Assembly (NCBI GenBank): GCA_964385625.1
Contig: CAYLPS010000003.1
Location: 17,007-81,006, forward strand
Reading direction: 5' to 3'
DNA length: 64,000 bases
From: an uncultured Anaerolineaceae bacterium
GTDB lineage: Bacteria; Chloroflexota; Anaerolineae; Anaerolineales; UBA4823
Shown: in pieces, positions 26,907-37,331 of the stretch
Layout: each line of letters opens with the position of its first letter
How positions within the stretch are numbered: the first letter of the stretch is position 1
Notes under the pieces: model-generated
What the model was told of the DNA's origin: nothing
The model's database searches: none
Seen by the model: only the letters and a program-made list of their open reading frames with translations
Translations under genes and position numbers: made by a program

Positions 26907-28207
26907 TGACGTATTTGCCATCCACATCACCTCCGGAGAACATGGACCGGTATGCGCTGGCCTCACCAAGTTTCTCTCTCGATCAATGCATTAAGTGCAA
27001 CATATGCACCACGGTTTGCCCAGTTTCAGCTGTGACCGACCTGTTCCCCGGGCCAAAATATGAAGGACCTCAAGCCGCGCGCTTCCGTCTGCCACAGCAA
27101 TCGTCACCCGATAAATCCGTCGATTACTGCACTGGCTGCCGTGTCTGCAACATGGTTTGCCCCACCGGGGTTAAGATCGCCGAACTCAACTCCTGCGCCC
27201 GCGCTTCCCTGGTCGAGAGTGGAAAATTTCCCTTACAATTACGGCTCAGGAACAACCTGGTTGCCCGCCCTGAGCTGCTTGGAAAAATTGCTCAACCTGT
27301 CGTGCCGCTGGCAAACCTGGTGCTCAATTTAAAACCAGCCCGCCACTTTATAGAATTTTCACTCGCTATCCATCATTCTGCTCCGCTTCCCTCGTTCAGC
27401 CAGCAAAAGTTTACCGATTGGTTCCACCATCATCCAAAACCATCAAACGCTGCCAGGAAAGTGGTTTATTTCCATGGCTGTGCAACACAATATTATGAGC
27501 CCCGCATCGGGAAAGCAGCAGTCCAGGTCTTGGAGCACAATGGCTTTGAGGTGATCGTCCCCCCGCAAAATTGCTGTGGACTGCCATTATTATCCAATGG
27601 CGAATTTCATGCTGCCCGCCGCTATCATCAGCATAATGTCCGCAAACTGGTATCCTATGCCCGCCAGGGGATCCCGATCCTTGGCACATCAACAAGCTGT
27701 ATTCTCACCCTGAAAGAGGAAGCCCCCGAGCTACTTGACATGCACGATGATGACACCCGTCTGGTTGCCGAAAACACTTTTGACATCAATGAATTTCTTT
27801 GGCAACTATATGAGGCTGGCTCGCTGAACCTGGATCTTAACCCTCTTCCGCTAACCATCGCTTATCACATCCCCTGCCAATACCGGGCACAGCGCCTGGG
27901 CAAGCCTGGTTTGCAGGTCATGTCGCTGATTCCCAACCTGTTTATTCGCGATAGCCAGGCAGCATGCTGTGGGATTGCCGGTACCTATGGTTACAAAGCA
28001 GAGAAATATCAAATCGCCTTGGATGTAGGCCGGGAATTATTTGATTTTATCAATGAAGAAGTACCTGATAGTCCATTTGTGGTTTGTGACAGCGAAACCT
28101 GTCGCTGGCAGATCACCCATGCCACTGGAAAACCGGCAGTTCATCCAGTAGAGCTGCTCGCCAAATCATATGGCCTTTTTGTCGATGGTATCGTTGCTAA
28201 TATCTAA
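26906..28207 (+). CDS. glpC: Anaerobic glycerol-3-phosphate dehydrogenase subunit C (Fe-S/CCG-domain subunit)
   Basis: 433 aa. Two 4Fe-4S motifs (CIKCNICTTVCP and CTGCRVCNMVCP) and two CCG-type Cys-rich repeats (CCGLP, CCGIAG). TAATG overlap with glpAB. Confidence 0.85.
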   Translation: MTYLPSTSPPENMDRYALASPSFSLDQCIKCNICTTVCPVSAVTDLFPGPKYEGPQAARFRLPQQSSPDKSVDYCTGCRVCNMVCPTGVKIAELNSCARASLVESGKFPLQLRLRNNLVARPELLGKIAQPVVPLANLVLNLKPARHFIEFSLAIHHSAPLPSFSQQKFTDWFHHHPKPSNAARKVVYFHGCATQYYEPRIGKAAVQVLEHNGFEVIVPPQNCCGLPLLSNGEFHAARRYHQHNVRKLVSYARQGIPILGTSTSCILTLKEEAPELLDMHDDDTRLVAENTFDINEFLWQLYEAGSLNLDLNPLPLTIAYHIPCQYRAQRLGKPGLQVMSLIPNLFIRDSQAACCGIAGTYGYKAEKYQIALDVGRELFDFINEEVPDSPFVVCDSETCRWQITHATGKPAVHPVELLAKSYGLFVDGIVANI

Positions 28208-28225
28208 ATTTATTCAGGTAACTTT

Positions 28226-29446
28226 GTGTTCAACAACCCGTTCCAGTTACTAAAAGAATATCCCAAGCAAATCAGATTGATGTTCTATGGAATGCTAATC
28301 AGCACGATCGGCTCATCCATGATCTGGCCGTTTCTAATGATTTATTTACGCCAGAAAGTTGATATGCCATTGACACAGGCAGCCAGCCTGATGACCATCA
28401 ATGCCACCGCTGGCATTATTGCTGCCATGATCGCTGGACCCATAACCGATCGCATCGGCCGCAAATGGGTGATGGTTTTTAGCCTGGCAGGCAATGGCTT
28501 GGTATATTTCTTCATGAGCGGTGCTCATAGCTACCTAGCATTCGCCGTATTAATGACCTTCAGTGGTTCATTTAATCCTTTGTACCGTGTCGGGGCTGAC
28601 GCCATGTTGGCTGATTTAATCCCCTCCGAGAAGCGGGCAGACGCCTATGCATTAATGCGTTTGAGTAACAACGCCGGGATTTCGCTCGGTCCCACCATTG
28701 GCGGATTTATTTCCTCGGTATCGTTTGCCATCACCTTCTTCTGTGCAGGCACTGGAATGATTATCTATAGCTTGCTCCTAGCATTTTTTGCCTATGAAAC
28801 CTTACCCAAACAGGTTGAATGGCCTCAACAAGCTAAAATGGTATTAGGTGGATACACTCAGGTTTTCCGCGATAGGCAATTTTTGTCCTTTGTGGGAGCA
28901 TTCATACTGGCACAAATGTGCGCCACGATGATCTGGATTCTGATGCCCGTTTATGCAAACGGCATTTACAATGTCCCTGAGAGCCAGTATGGCTTTATTC
29001 CAACCACGAATGCATTAATGGTGGTCTTCTTGCAAGTTTTTATCACTCAAATCACCAAGCGCTACCGTCCGCTGATTGTTATGATGGTTGGGACCTTTTT
29101 TTATGCTCTGGGAGTCGGCAGTGTGGCTTTAGGACACTCGTTTTTAGGTTTTTGGGTAAGTATTATCATCATGACGGTTGGAGAGCTGATCTTGATGCCG
29201 ACGGCTTCTGCATATGCCGCTTCACTAGCCCCACTAGAGATGCGCGGCCGTTATATGGGCATCACCGGCCTCACCTGGAGTACTGCTGCTGGCATCGCTC
29301 CAATATTAGGTGGATACCTGAATGATAATATCGCCCCGGTTGCCACCTGGTATGGAGGATTTGTGATCGGCGTGATCGGAATATTTTGGTTCTTCATTAT
29401 TTCACGCCGGCAGCCTGAAGTGCAACCTTCTGTATTAGTGGAATGA
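28226..29446 (+). CDS. MFS transporter
   Basis: 406 aa with about 12 hydrophobic segments. MFS loop motif GPITDRIGRK. GTG start. Confidence 0.8.
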   Translation: MFNNPFQLLKEYPKQIRLMFYGMLISTIGSSMIWPFLMIYLRQKVDMPLTQAASLMTINATAGIIAAMIAGPITDRIGRKWVMVFSLAGNGLVYFFMSGAHSYLAFAVLMTFSGSFNPLYRVGADAMLADLIPSEKRADAYALMRLSNNAGISLGPTIGGFISSVSFAITFFCAGTGMIIYSLLLAFFAYETLPKQVEWPQQAKMVLGGYTQVFRDRQFLSFVGAFILAQMCATMIWILMPVYANGIYNVPESQYGFIPTTNALMVVFLQVFITQITKRYRPLIVMMVGTFFYALGVGSVALGHSFLGFWVSIIIMTVGELILMPTASAYAASLAPLEMRGRYMGITGLTWSTAAGIAPILGGYLNDNIAPVATWYGGFVIGVIGIFWFFIISRRQPEVQPSVLVE

Positions 29447-29502
29447 GCCATATTATCGGGTAAAATTACTGTAAATCCCTATATCCCAATCGAGGTTTAA
29501 TA

Positions 29503-30816
29503 ATGAAATCGCCATCCCGCTACCGCTGGTTTGTAATTATGGTGTTCTTTTTCTTCGTTCTGTTACACCAGGCAGACAGGCTTCTGATCGGCTCATTAAC
29601 TGAAAGGATCATCAAGGATTTTAATATTACCGAGTCTCAATTATCACTGGCATTAACTGGAGCGTTGTTTGTTGGAGCCATCTCATACCCTCTTTGGGGC
29701 TATTTATATGATCGTTATGCCAGGCCAAAATTACTGGCCCTGGCATCTTTCCTTTGGGGGTCAACGACCTGGTTGAGTGCCATCGCCCCGACATTTCCAC
29801 TATTTGTTGCGACCCGTTCATCTACTGGGATCGATGATTCAAGCTATCCTGGCCTTTATAGCCTGGTTTCAGACTATTTCGATCCTAAAATGCGTGGGAA
29901 GGTATATGGATTGCTTCAATTCACCCAGCCATTAGGGTACCTCGTGGGATTGTTATTGGGATTGATGCTCAGCGGCTTGGTAGGTTGGAGAGGGGTCTTC
30001 TATATTACTGGGGCTTTAGGCATAATTATGTCGGTGGTCATCTTCTTTTCGATCAAGGATGTGCCCCGCGGTAAAAGCGAGCCAGAATTAGCCGATCTGG
30101 ACATAACAGGAACTTATCGTTTTGATTGGAAAATTGCCAAGGATTTATTTAAAAAGCCAAGCCTGTTGTTATTATTCACCCAAGGCTTCTTCGGCGTTTT
30201 TCCGTGGAATGCAATTACCTTCTGGTTCCTTTACTACTTGGGAACTGAAAGGGGTTTCTCTGAAAGCACCCAATTTCCAGTCATGGCTTTTGCCGTGGTC
30301 GTGCTCGCCATAGGATATCCGGTCGGAGGGAGCCTGGGTGATTACTTCTTCAAGCGCAATAATCGCGGGCGATTGATTGTCTCCATGGGTGGGGTTTTAT
30401 TAGGGGCAATCTTCTTGTGGTTTGCGTTGAATGTACCCAACCAGAACGTGTTATTATTCACCGTATTCCTTGGCCTGACGGCGTTCTTTATGCCATTTGC
30501 CAGCCCGAATGTGGTGTCAACAGTTTATGATGTAACCCTTCCTGAAGTGCGCAGTACTGCCGTCTCGGTTCAATATTTCATCGAGTCGCTTGGCGCAGCA
30601 GCCGCGCCGAGCATCGTCACGCTGATAGCCAGCCGCTCTTCTTTCAAAGATGCATTTCTATTGATCTGCATATCCACCTGGGTCTTGTGCGCTATTTTCT
30701 TTTTTGTCACTTCCTTGTACATCAATCGAGATATTACAATATTAAGGGGACAATTAGCTGACCGTGCAAGCCAGGAGAGAGCAACTTCAGGCATTTCGCT
30801 AGGGAAAGTGTCTTAG
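29503..30816 (+). CDS. MFS transporter (Spinster-like subfamily, tentative)
   Basis: 437 aa and polytopic. YLYDRYARPK loop 2-3 motif. GAGGT SD. Confidence 0.75.
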   Translation: MKSPSRYRWFVIMVFFFFVLLHQADRLLIGSLTERIIKDFNITESQLSLALTGALFVGAISYPLWGYLYDRYARPKLLALASFLWGSTTWLSAIAPTFPLFVATRSSTGIDDSSYPGLYSLVSDYFDPKMRGKVYGLLQFTQPLGYLVGLLLGLMLSGLVGWRGVFYITGALGIIMSVVIFFSIKDVPRGKSEPELADLDITGTYRFDWKIAKDLFKKPSLLLLFTQGFFGVFPWNAITFWFLYYLGTERGFSESTQFPVMAFAVVVLAIGYPVGGSLGDYFFKRNNRGRLIVSMGGVLLGAIFLWFALNVPNQNVLLFTVFLGLTAFFMPFASPNVVSTVYDVTLPEVRSTAVSVQYFIESLGAAAAPSIVTLIASRSSFKDAFLLICISTWVLCAIFFFVTSLYINRDITILRGQLADRASQERATSGISLGKVS

Positions 30817-30817
30817 C

Positions 30818-32188
30818 GTGAAAATAGCCATCTTGGGTGCTGCTGGGGTTCGTACTCCTTTGATCGTCCAAGCCATGATTGCTCGCCAGGAGAACCTGGG
30901 TCTCACCGACCTCGCCTTAATGGATATCGATGCTGACCATCTCAAGCTGATCAGTTTGCTCATATCACCCATCACACAATCCCCACATACCAGGTTTCGC
31001 ATCACCAACACAACTGATCCCTTCATCGCTTTATCCAACGCTGATTTTGTCATCACCACTTTTCGCGTAGGAGGTATTGAAGCACGGGCGATTGATGAGC
31101 GTGTGCCGCTGGAACATGGCATCCTGGGCCAGGAAACAACCGGTGCCGGTGGCTTTGCCATGGGCCTGCGGTCCATTCCTGTTTTACTCGAGTATGTGAA
31201 GCTAATGCAGCGGGTTTGTCCATCCGCCTGGTTAATCAACTTCGCCAACCCGGCTGGCATGCTCACCGAGGCGGTCATCCGCACCACAGGTTGGCAGCGT
31301 GTGGTGGGAATTTGTGATAGCCCCAGCTCTATGCATAGGTTAATTGCAGCCGTATTACAGGCTAAACCCGAGGAGGTTTACCTGGATTATTTTGGCCTGA
31401 ACCATCTAGGGTGGGTTAAGTCGGTTATTTTCGAAAACCGTGATCATTTACCAGATCTTTTACAGCTCATTAAGGCAACGAATAATATCCCTGGGTTACC
31501 CTTTGACGCAGATTTGATCGTAAGTCTCGGGATGATTCCTAACGAATACCTGTATTACTACTACTACCAGGAAAAATCGGTACAGAATATTCTCCGCTCT
31601 GGCGAGTGCCGCGGGGAGCAGATTGCCAGGCGAAATTACCAGCTCTTTGCGGAATTAAAAGAAAAATCACTCACCGGTGATATTAAAGAGATGCAATCCT
31701 CGTATCAAGCCTACCTGGCTGAACGCCAAAAATCCTACATGGTCAGGGAGACTGGCAGAAACCATGATTTTTCCACCCTTGACCCTCAGATACAGCCATC
31801 AATTCTCGATGAAGGATATGCCGGGGTGGCCCTGGATCTCATCGAAGCCCTGATAGGACACGTACCCAGGTTGCAGATATTAAATGTGCCCAATCAAGGT
31901 GCAATCTCCATGATGGAGCCTGAAGATGTAGTGGAGATTCCTGTGCTGGTAAGCCACCACCAGCTCCAACCAATGGCCATACATGATATCCCCTCGAATT
32001 GCTTTGGATTGATGCAGCAGGTTAAGCACTATGAACACCTGGCTATAGAAGCCGGGATCGAAGAATCATACTCTAAGGCCCTCCTGGCACTCACCATTCA
32101 CCCCTTGGTTGGAGATTATCTTTTAGCGAAATCTATCCTGGATCAATATCAGGCTCGTCACCAGGCCTATTTCCCGGCGTTACACTAA
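30818..32188 (+). CDS. Glycoside hydrolase family 4 (NAD+/Mn2+-dependent; 6-phospho-glycosidase-like)
   Basis: 456 aa. N-terminal MKIAILGAAG Rossmann region and NFANPAGMLTEAV...VVGICDSP with the GH4 catalytic Cys context. GTG start 1 nt after the MFS stop. Confidence 0.8.
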   Translation: MKIAILGAAGVRTPLIVQAMIARQENLGLTDLALMDIDADHLKLISLLISPITQSPHTRFRITNTTDPFIALSNADFVITTFRVGGIEARAIDERVPLEHGILGQETTGAGGFAMGLRSIPVLLEYVKLMQRVCPSAWLINFANPAGMLTEAVIRTTGWQRVVGICDSPSSMHRLIAAVLQAKPEEVYLDYFGLNHLGWVKSVIFENRDHLPDLLQLIKATNNIPGLPFDADLIVSLGMIPNEYLYYYYYQEKSVQNILRSGECRGEQIARRNYQLFAELKEKSLTGDIKEMQSSYQAYLAERQKSYMVRETGRNHDFSTLDPQIQPSILDEGYAGVALDLIEALIGHVPRLQILNVPNQGAISMMEPEDVVEIPVLVSHHQLQPMAIHDIPSNCFGLMQQVKHYEHLAIEAGIEESYSKALLALTIHPLVGDYLLAKSILDQYQARHQAYFPALH

Positions 32189-33127
32189 ATGGCATTCGAT
32201 TTTGACGTTCTGGTAGCTGGCAGTTACTCCATAGACCTGATATTTTCAGGCCTGGGTGAGCTACCTCAGTTGGGCAAGGATGTGGTGGGGACCGATTTTA
32301 TGATGACCCCCGGTGAGGCATTCATCTCCTCCGTCGCCATGCATCGCCTGGGGATAAAAGTGGGTTGGGCTGCCGACTTCGGGAATGATGATTTCAGCCA
32401 GATGGCGCTGGCTCGCGCCCGCGAGGAAGGCCTGGATGATTCCCTTTTTATCATTCACGACCATCCATACCGCCGCATATCTGCAGCAGCTTCCTATCCC
32501 GAGGATCGGCTGTTTATCACCTATTATGACCCCGATCCAACGGTTCCCGCCATTTTCCCTGCGATAATGAAAAAGTCCGCCCGCTTGCTGTTCATCCCGG
32601 GCTTGTACACAGGCGAGCTGCTCAAATTGGGGAAGCAATTACTACACTCCAAAAATATGAAACTGGGAATGGATGGTAACTCGTCTTCAGGAGAATTATT
32701 GAAAGGCGGAAAAGAATCTTCTGCAATCCGTAAGGCGATACAAAGCTCCGATATTTTCCTACCCAATGCCCAGGAAGCCAGGCGACTTACCGGTGAACAA
32801 GAGCTGGAGATTGCAATATTCAGGTTAGGCCAGCTTTGCCCCCTGGTGGTGATAAAGGATGGCGGTAACGGCTCATTAGCCTTGTCGCAAGGTCATTTAA
32901 CCCGTATGCCTCCCATCTCAGTAAAACCAGTGGATACAACCGGTGCCGGAGATAACTTTAATGCCGGTTTTTTTTACGCCTGGCTGGATGGAAAATCCTT
33001 GGATACATGCTTGAAGTGGGGGAATATTATGGGTGGCCTGTCAGCCACCGCAATGGGTGGCACTACCCTGAAAATAACATGTGATATAGTCAACCAATAT
33101 CTTCGAGGTTGGCCCAATAATAACTAA
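32189..33127 (+). CDS. PfkB-family carbohydrate kinase
   Basis: 312 aa. C-terminal PfkB signature DTTGAGDNFNAGF. The start directly abuts the GH4 stop. Confidence 0.85.
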   Translation: MAFDFDVLVAGSYSIDLIFSGLGELPQLGKDVVGTDFMMTPGEAFISSVAMHRLGIKVGWAADFGNDDFSQMALARAREEGLDDSLFIIHDHPYRRISAAASYPEDRLFITYYDPDPTVPAIFPAIMKKSARLLFIPGLYTGELLKLGKQLLHSKNMKLGMDGNSSSGELLKGGKESSAIRKAIQSSDIFLPNAQEARRLTGEQELEIAIFRLGQLCPLVVIKDGGNGSLALSQGHLTRMPPISVKPVDTTGAGDNFNAGFFYAWLDGKSLDTCLKWGNIMGGLSATAMGGTTLKITCDIVNQYLRGWPNNN

Positions 33128-33158
33128 TTAGTCTATCGATTTTAATTCCTGAATATGT

Positions 33159-34169
33159 TCAAGCCGCTAAATGGCAGGCTACCCAATGCCTGGGTGAAAT
33201 TTCACGCCATTCAGGTTGTAGTTGCTTGCATTGGTCTATCGCCACCGGGCAGCGTGGGTGGAACCGGCAACCCTTAGGTGGGTTGATCGGGCTGGGGATT
33301 TCTCCACTGAGGATAATACGGCGGCGTTCGCGGTCTCGCTTCGGATCTGGGATGGGTACAGCTGATAACAACGCCTGTGAATAAGGGTGTAATGGATTTT
33401 CGTATAGCTCATCCCGTTCAGCCAACTCGACAATGATACCCAGGTACATCACTGCGACACGATCACAAATATGCCGTACCATGCTTAAATCATGGGCAAT
33501 AAAGAGATAAGTTAGATTAAACTCATCTTGAAGTTCTTCTAGCAGGTTGACCACCTGGGCCTGGATCGAGACATCTAATGCAGATATCGGCTCATCACAT
33601 ACGATGAACTCTGGATTAGATGCCAGGGCTCTAGCCACACCAATACGCTGGCGTTGTCCCCCAGAAAACTCATGTGGGAAGCGGTTGATCAAGCGTGGGC
33701 TCAACCCAACCCTTAGCATTAGCTCGTGCACCCGCTCCTGCCGAGCTGTTTCGTTTGGCAATAGTTGGTGCACCCGCAATGGTTCACCAATAATCGCGCT
33801 CACCGTCCAGCGAGGATTTAATGAGGCGTAGGGATCCTGGAAGATCATCTGCGCCTTACGCCGAAAGGTCCTCATCTCTTCTTTAGTTGCATGATCAACC
33901 GAAATACCAGTTATGGTTACTTTACCGCCGGTAAGTGGATAAAGGCCCAGAATCGTGCGACCCGCAGTAGTTTTTCCACAGCCACTCTCACCAACCAGGC
34001 CAAGCGTTTCACCCCGTTGTATAAAGAAAGAAATGCCATCTACAGCTTTCACCGACCCAATCTCGCGCTCGAAGATCAATCCCTGCCGAATTGGGAAATG
34101 CTTCTTAAGCTGGTCCACCTCGACTAGCGGAGGTTCAGCTGCTGAGTTTGATGGTTGAATATCAGCCAA
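33159..34169 (-). CDS. Oligo/dipeptide ABC transporter ATP-binding protein (OppF/DppF type)
   Basis: 336 aa. Walker [10 protein letters not shown], signature FSGGQRQR, Walker B VCDEP and the C-terminal oligopeptide-type extension with CRFHPRCP. Confidence 0.9.
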   Translation of the reverse strand: MADIQPSNSAAEPPLVEVDQLKKHFPIRQGLIFEREIGSVKAVDGISFFIQRGETLGLVGESGCGKTTAGRTILGLYPLTGGKVTITGISVDHATKEEMRTFRRKAQMIFQDPYASLNPRWTVSAIIGEPLRVHQLLPNETARQERVHELMLRVGLSPRLINRFPHEFSGGQRQRIGVARALASNPEFIVCDEPISALDVSIQAQVVNLLEELQDEFNLTYLFIAHDLSMVRHICDRVAVMYLGIIVELAERDELYENPLHPYSQALLSAVPIPDPKRDRERRRIILSGEIPSPINPPKGCRFHPRCPVAIDQCKQLQPEWREISPRHWVACHLAA

Positions 34170-34185
34170 TGGTTAACTCCAGTAT

Positions 34186-35196
34186 TTAACGAGGCTTACC
34201 AGTAGTCACATCCAGCCAGCAAGCAGCTTGATGATTTACGGCAACACAGGTAAGTTCAGGCATTTCTTCGTGGCAACGATCAAAAGCAAACTGACAACGC
34301 GGTACAAACGGGCAGCCAGAAGGTGGCACTAATAAATTGGGCGGTGCTCCGGGAATAGAGAGCAGGCGTTTACTCCTCCTTTTATCAACCCGTGGTAATG
34401 CAGCTAATAACGCTTGTGTATATGGATGGCGCGGATCCTCATAGAGATCGTCCACAAGAGCTTCTTCAAGGATTAAGCCAGCATACATTACCATTACCCG
34501 ATCAGCGATTTCAGCTACCACTCCTAGATCATGAGTAATCCAAATGACCGACATATTCATATCGGATCGGATCGTTTGTACCAGCTCCACAATCTGTGCC
34601 TGGATGGTTACATCGATCGCAGTGGTTGGCTCATCAGCGATTAGGATGGATGGTCTGCATGAGAGAGCCATCGCAATCATCGCTCTTTGGCGCATGCCGC
34701 CTGAGAATTGATGAGGATAATCTGCTAATCGACTCCCTGGCTCTGGGATACCTACCTGACTAAGCAATTCACTCGAGCGTTTCCGGATTTCATCCTTGTT
34801 TAGACCAATATGGACACGCAGAGGTTCACTGAGCTGACGTCCAATGGTTAGCACTGGGTTAAATGCGGTCATCGGATCTTGGAATACCATGGCAATATCC
34901 TTGCCTCGGATATCCTCTATTTCAGATTCGGATAATTTCAATAGATCCTTTCCATTAAATAGTGCCTCTCCACTGGCAATTTCCCCAGGGGGAATGGGTA
35001 TGAGGCCCATGATAGACATCATGGTCACAGATTTTCCACAGCCGCTTTCACCGACTAATCCAATAGTCTCACCCTGCCGTAGGTAAAGTGAGACTCCATT
35101 CACTGCATGTACGATTCCCTCCGCAATATGAAAACGTGTTCGCAGGTTATTAACTTCTAATATTTTCGGCCTACCCGTTTGAATATTACCATCCAT
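34186..35196 (-). CDS. Oligo/dipeptide ABC transporter ATP-binding protein (OppD/DppD type)
   Basis: 336 aa. [27 protein letters not shown] and C-terminal CPFVPRC. Confidence 0.9.
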   Translation of the reverse strand: MDGNIQTGRPKILEVNNLRTRFHIAEGIVHAVNGVSLYLRQGETIGLVGESGCGKSVTMMSIMGLIPIPPGEIASGEALFNGKDLLKLSESEIEDIRGKDIAMVFQDPMTAFNPVLTIGRQLSEPLRVHIGLNKDEIRKRSSELLSQVGIPEPGSRLADYPHQFSGGMRQRAMIAMALSCRPSILIADEPTTAIDVTIQAQIVELVQTIRSDMNMSVIWITHDLGVVAEIADRVMVMYAGLILEEALVDDLYEDPRHPYTQALLAALPRVDKRRSKRLLSIPGAPPNLLVPPSGCPFVPRCQFAFDRCHEEMPELTCVAVNHQAACWLDVTTGKPR

Positions 35197-35214
35197 GCCA
35201 GATATACCTCATCA

Positions 35215-36177
35215 TTACAGTGCACGGCTATGCGGGTCAAGCGCATCGCGCAAACCATCACCTAAGAAGTTGATGCTCAATACAATCAAAGCGATTAATA
35301 TCCCAGGAAAGAACCATAGCCACCAGGCAGATTCAATATAGTTATACGCCCCTTCCAGCATATTGCCCCAGGTGGCAGTAGGTGGCTTTACTCCAAGGCC
35401 CAGAAAGCTGATATAGGCTTCTAGAATTATTGCAGCGGCGACACTAAGGGTTGCGGAGACAATGATCGGTGCAGATATATTTGGAAGTATATGACGAATA
35501 ATAATATCGCGAGTGGAAGTTCCGGTAGCACGGGCAGCCAGGATGAAATCGTTAGTTTTCACAGAGAGAAATTGAGCACGGACAATGCGTGCCAGGTATG
35601 GCCAGCTGGTGATTCCGATAACAAATATGATCACCAGCACACTGCCACTAAAGGTACGGCCGATGAACTTGATATTTGGGATAGACTGGGAGAAATATCT
35701 TGCCATTACCAGTAATAAAAATATCTGGGGCACAACCAGTACCGCCTCGGTGATGCGCATCAAAACGTTATCTAGCCAGCCTCCAAAATATCCGGATAAT
35801 GCACCAATAGTGACGCCAAAAATGACTTCCACCAGCATCGCAGTCAACCCGATAATGATTGAAATCTGTCCTCCGTAGATAGTCCTGGCGAGGATATCGC
35901 GCCCGATAGTATCGGTTCCAAATGGATGCTGAGCCGTGGGAGCTTGTAAGGCGTTACCGGTTTCCGTATGGTTGGCATCCGCCTCACTAAAAACCAGCAT
36001 ACCACCAAAGGCATATACCACAATCAGGAATAAGGTTATGGCTCCAAATATCGCCATTCTATGACGCCGAAACCGCCGCCATGTGAGCTGAGATAATGAT
36101 AGAGGTGGGGTTTCCAGTTCATCAGGCGTAAGGCGGGGAATACCTTGTTGCGGTTGTTCTAATGTAGTGGTTGTCAT
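35215..36177 (-). CDS. Oligo/dipeptide ABC transporter permease (OppC/DppC type)
   Basis: 320 aa and polytopic. BPD-transporter EAA-like region (FILAARATGTSTRDIIIRHILPN). Confidence 0.85.
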   Translation of the reverse strand: MTTTTLEQPQQGIPRLTPDELETPPLSLSQLTWRRFRRHRMAIFGAITLFLIVVYAFGGMLVFSEADANHTETGNALQAPTAQHPFGTDTIGRDILARTIYGGQISIIIGLTAMLVEVIFGVTIGALSGYFGGWLDNVLMRITEAVLVVPQIFLLLVMARYFSQSIPNIKFIGRTFSGSVLVIIFVIGITSWPYLARIVRAQFLSVKTNDFILAARATGTSTRDIIIRHILPNISAPIIVSATLSVAAAIILEAYISFLGLGVKPPTATWGNMLEGAYNYIESAWWLWFFPGILIALIVLSINFLGDGLRDALDPHSRAL

Positions 36178-36188
36178 GTTTTTATAAA

Positions 36189-37283
36189 TTACTTATACCG
36201 GATGCGAGGATCCAGCCAGGCATAAGTTATATCAGCAATAATCTGAAAAATGATAACTGCAACCGCGATCATCATTAATATACCCATCACCACTGCTGTA
36301 TCGGAGCGTTCGACATGGTCCAGGAATAACCGTCCCATACCCGGCCAGCCAAAGATGCGTTCCGTGACGATGGCACCTCCCAGTAAGAATGGTAAATCCA
36401 GGGCAACCAGTGTGACGATGGGTAAGGCAGCATTTTTCAAAGCATGAACATAGACGACTTCAGGCCGGGGTAACCCCTTGGCTTTGGCTGTGCGGACGTA
36501 ATCTTGCTCTAAGGTCTCCAGCATGGCACTACGGATGTAGCGGCTATATCCTGCAATAAACCCAAATGATAGGGTCGCTACCGGTAATACCATATGCCAT
36601 GCTACTTGTATCACTGTCTGCCCAGCTCCAGGTTCAAACATCCCCACAGTGGGTAAGTATGGTAATCCCCATTTCCTGAAATTGACTGAAAATAGATACA
36701 TCGCCAGTAAGGCAAAGAAAAACACTGGCATCGAATAGAAAACAAAAGTAGTCGCCGTGGTGAAATTATCCATAGCAGTGTATTGGTGTAATGCAGAGTA
36801 TATACCAATCAGCAAGGCAGCAGAAATAATGATTACTTCGGCTGTCACCATCAGCAATAATGTGTTGGGCAGGCGGGCACCAATCACTTTGGTAACTGGT
36901 TGGCGATTGACCAGTGATATACCCCAATCACCACGCAGCACCCCTTTTCTGACACCTGCAGCATCCGCGTCGATGTAAGTACGAGGATCCAGGCACTGAA
37001 CGATGGGAGTAAAAACTCCTGCATTTGGTTTAGGAATTTCACCAACCTGCTTTGTCCAATCATTGCCAATTAACCAATAAATATATTGGGCACATACAGG
37101 CTTATCTAAACCAAGTTGGTGGGCTAACCGTATGCGATCTGCAGGTTTAGTGACTTTGCGCCCGCCCATGGTAGCTAGTGGATCTCCCATGGCATTCATC
37201 ATAACGAACAAAACAACACTGATGATAAATAAAAGCGGGATGGCTTGCAGCAACCGACGGATGATATAGCGGGTCATTGACAA
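36189..37283 (-). CDS. Oligo/dipeptide ABC transporter permease (OppB/DppB type)
   Basis: 364 aa. N-terminal MTRYIIRRLLQAIPLLFIIS and EAA motif DYVRTAKAKGL. Confidence 0.85.
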   Translation of the reverse strand: MSMTRYIIRRLLQAIPLLFIISVVLFVMMNAMGDPLATMGGRKVTKPADRIRLAHQLGLDKPVCAQYIYWLIGNDWTKQVGEIPKPNAGVFTPIVQCLDPRTYIDADAAGVRKGVLRGDWGISLVNRQPVTKVIGARLPNTLLLMVTAEVIIISAALLIGIYSALHQYTAMDNFTTATTFVFYSMPVFFFALLAMYLFSVNFRKWGLPYLPTVGMFEPGAGQTVIQVAWHMVLPVATLSFGFIAGYSRYIRSAMLETLEQDYVRTAKAKGLPRPEVVYVHALKNAALPIVTLVALDLPFLLGGAIVTERIFGWPGMGRLFLDHVERSDTAVVMGILMMIAVAVIIFQIIADITYAWLDPRIRYK

Positions 37284-37289
37284 TTTTCG

Positions 37290-37321
37290 ATCGAGTAGGG
37301 GGGTCGTCCCCCCTACTCGAT
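37290..37321 (-). promoter_or_regulatory. Perfect 14-bp GC-cored stem-loop between the binding-protein gene and the first permease gene
   Basis: ATCGAGTAGGGGGG-TCGT-CCCCCCTACTCGAT (arms 37290-37303 and 37308-37321). No U-tract follows on the transcribed (minus) strand. Confidence 0.6.
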
Positions 37322-37331
37322 GTAAATTAGC

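Noticed and set aside
30799-31287. 162-aa minus-strand ORF
   Set aside because: It is fully antisense to the 5' part of the GH4 gene, which has clear family motifs. It is Ala/Arg/Ser/Pro-rich, typical of a spurious antisense frame, and has no start context.
37290-37321. G6/C6 hairpin as a rho-independent terminator ending the binding-protein transcript
   Set aside because: No U-tract follows on the transcribed strand, and the permease genes 7 nt downstream need read-through. I kept it as a stabiliser or attenuator candidate instead.
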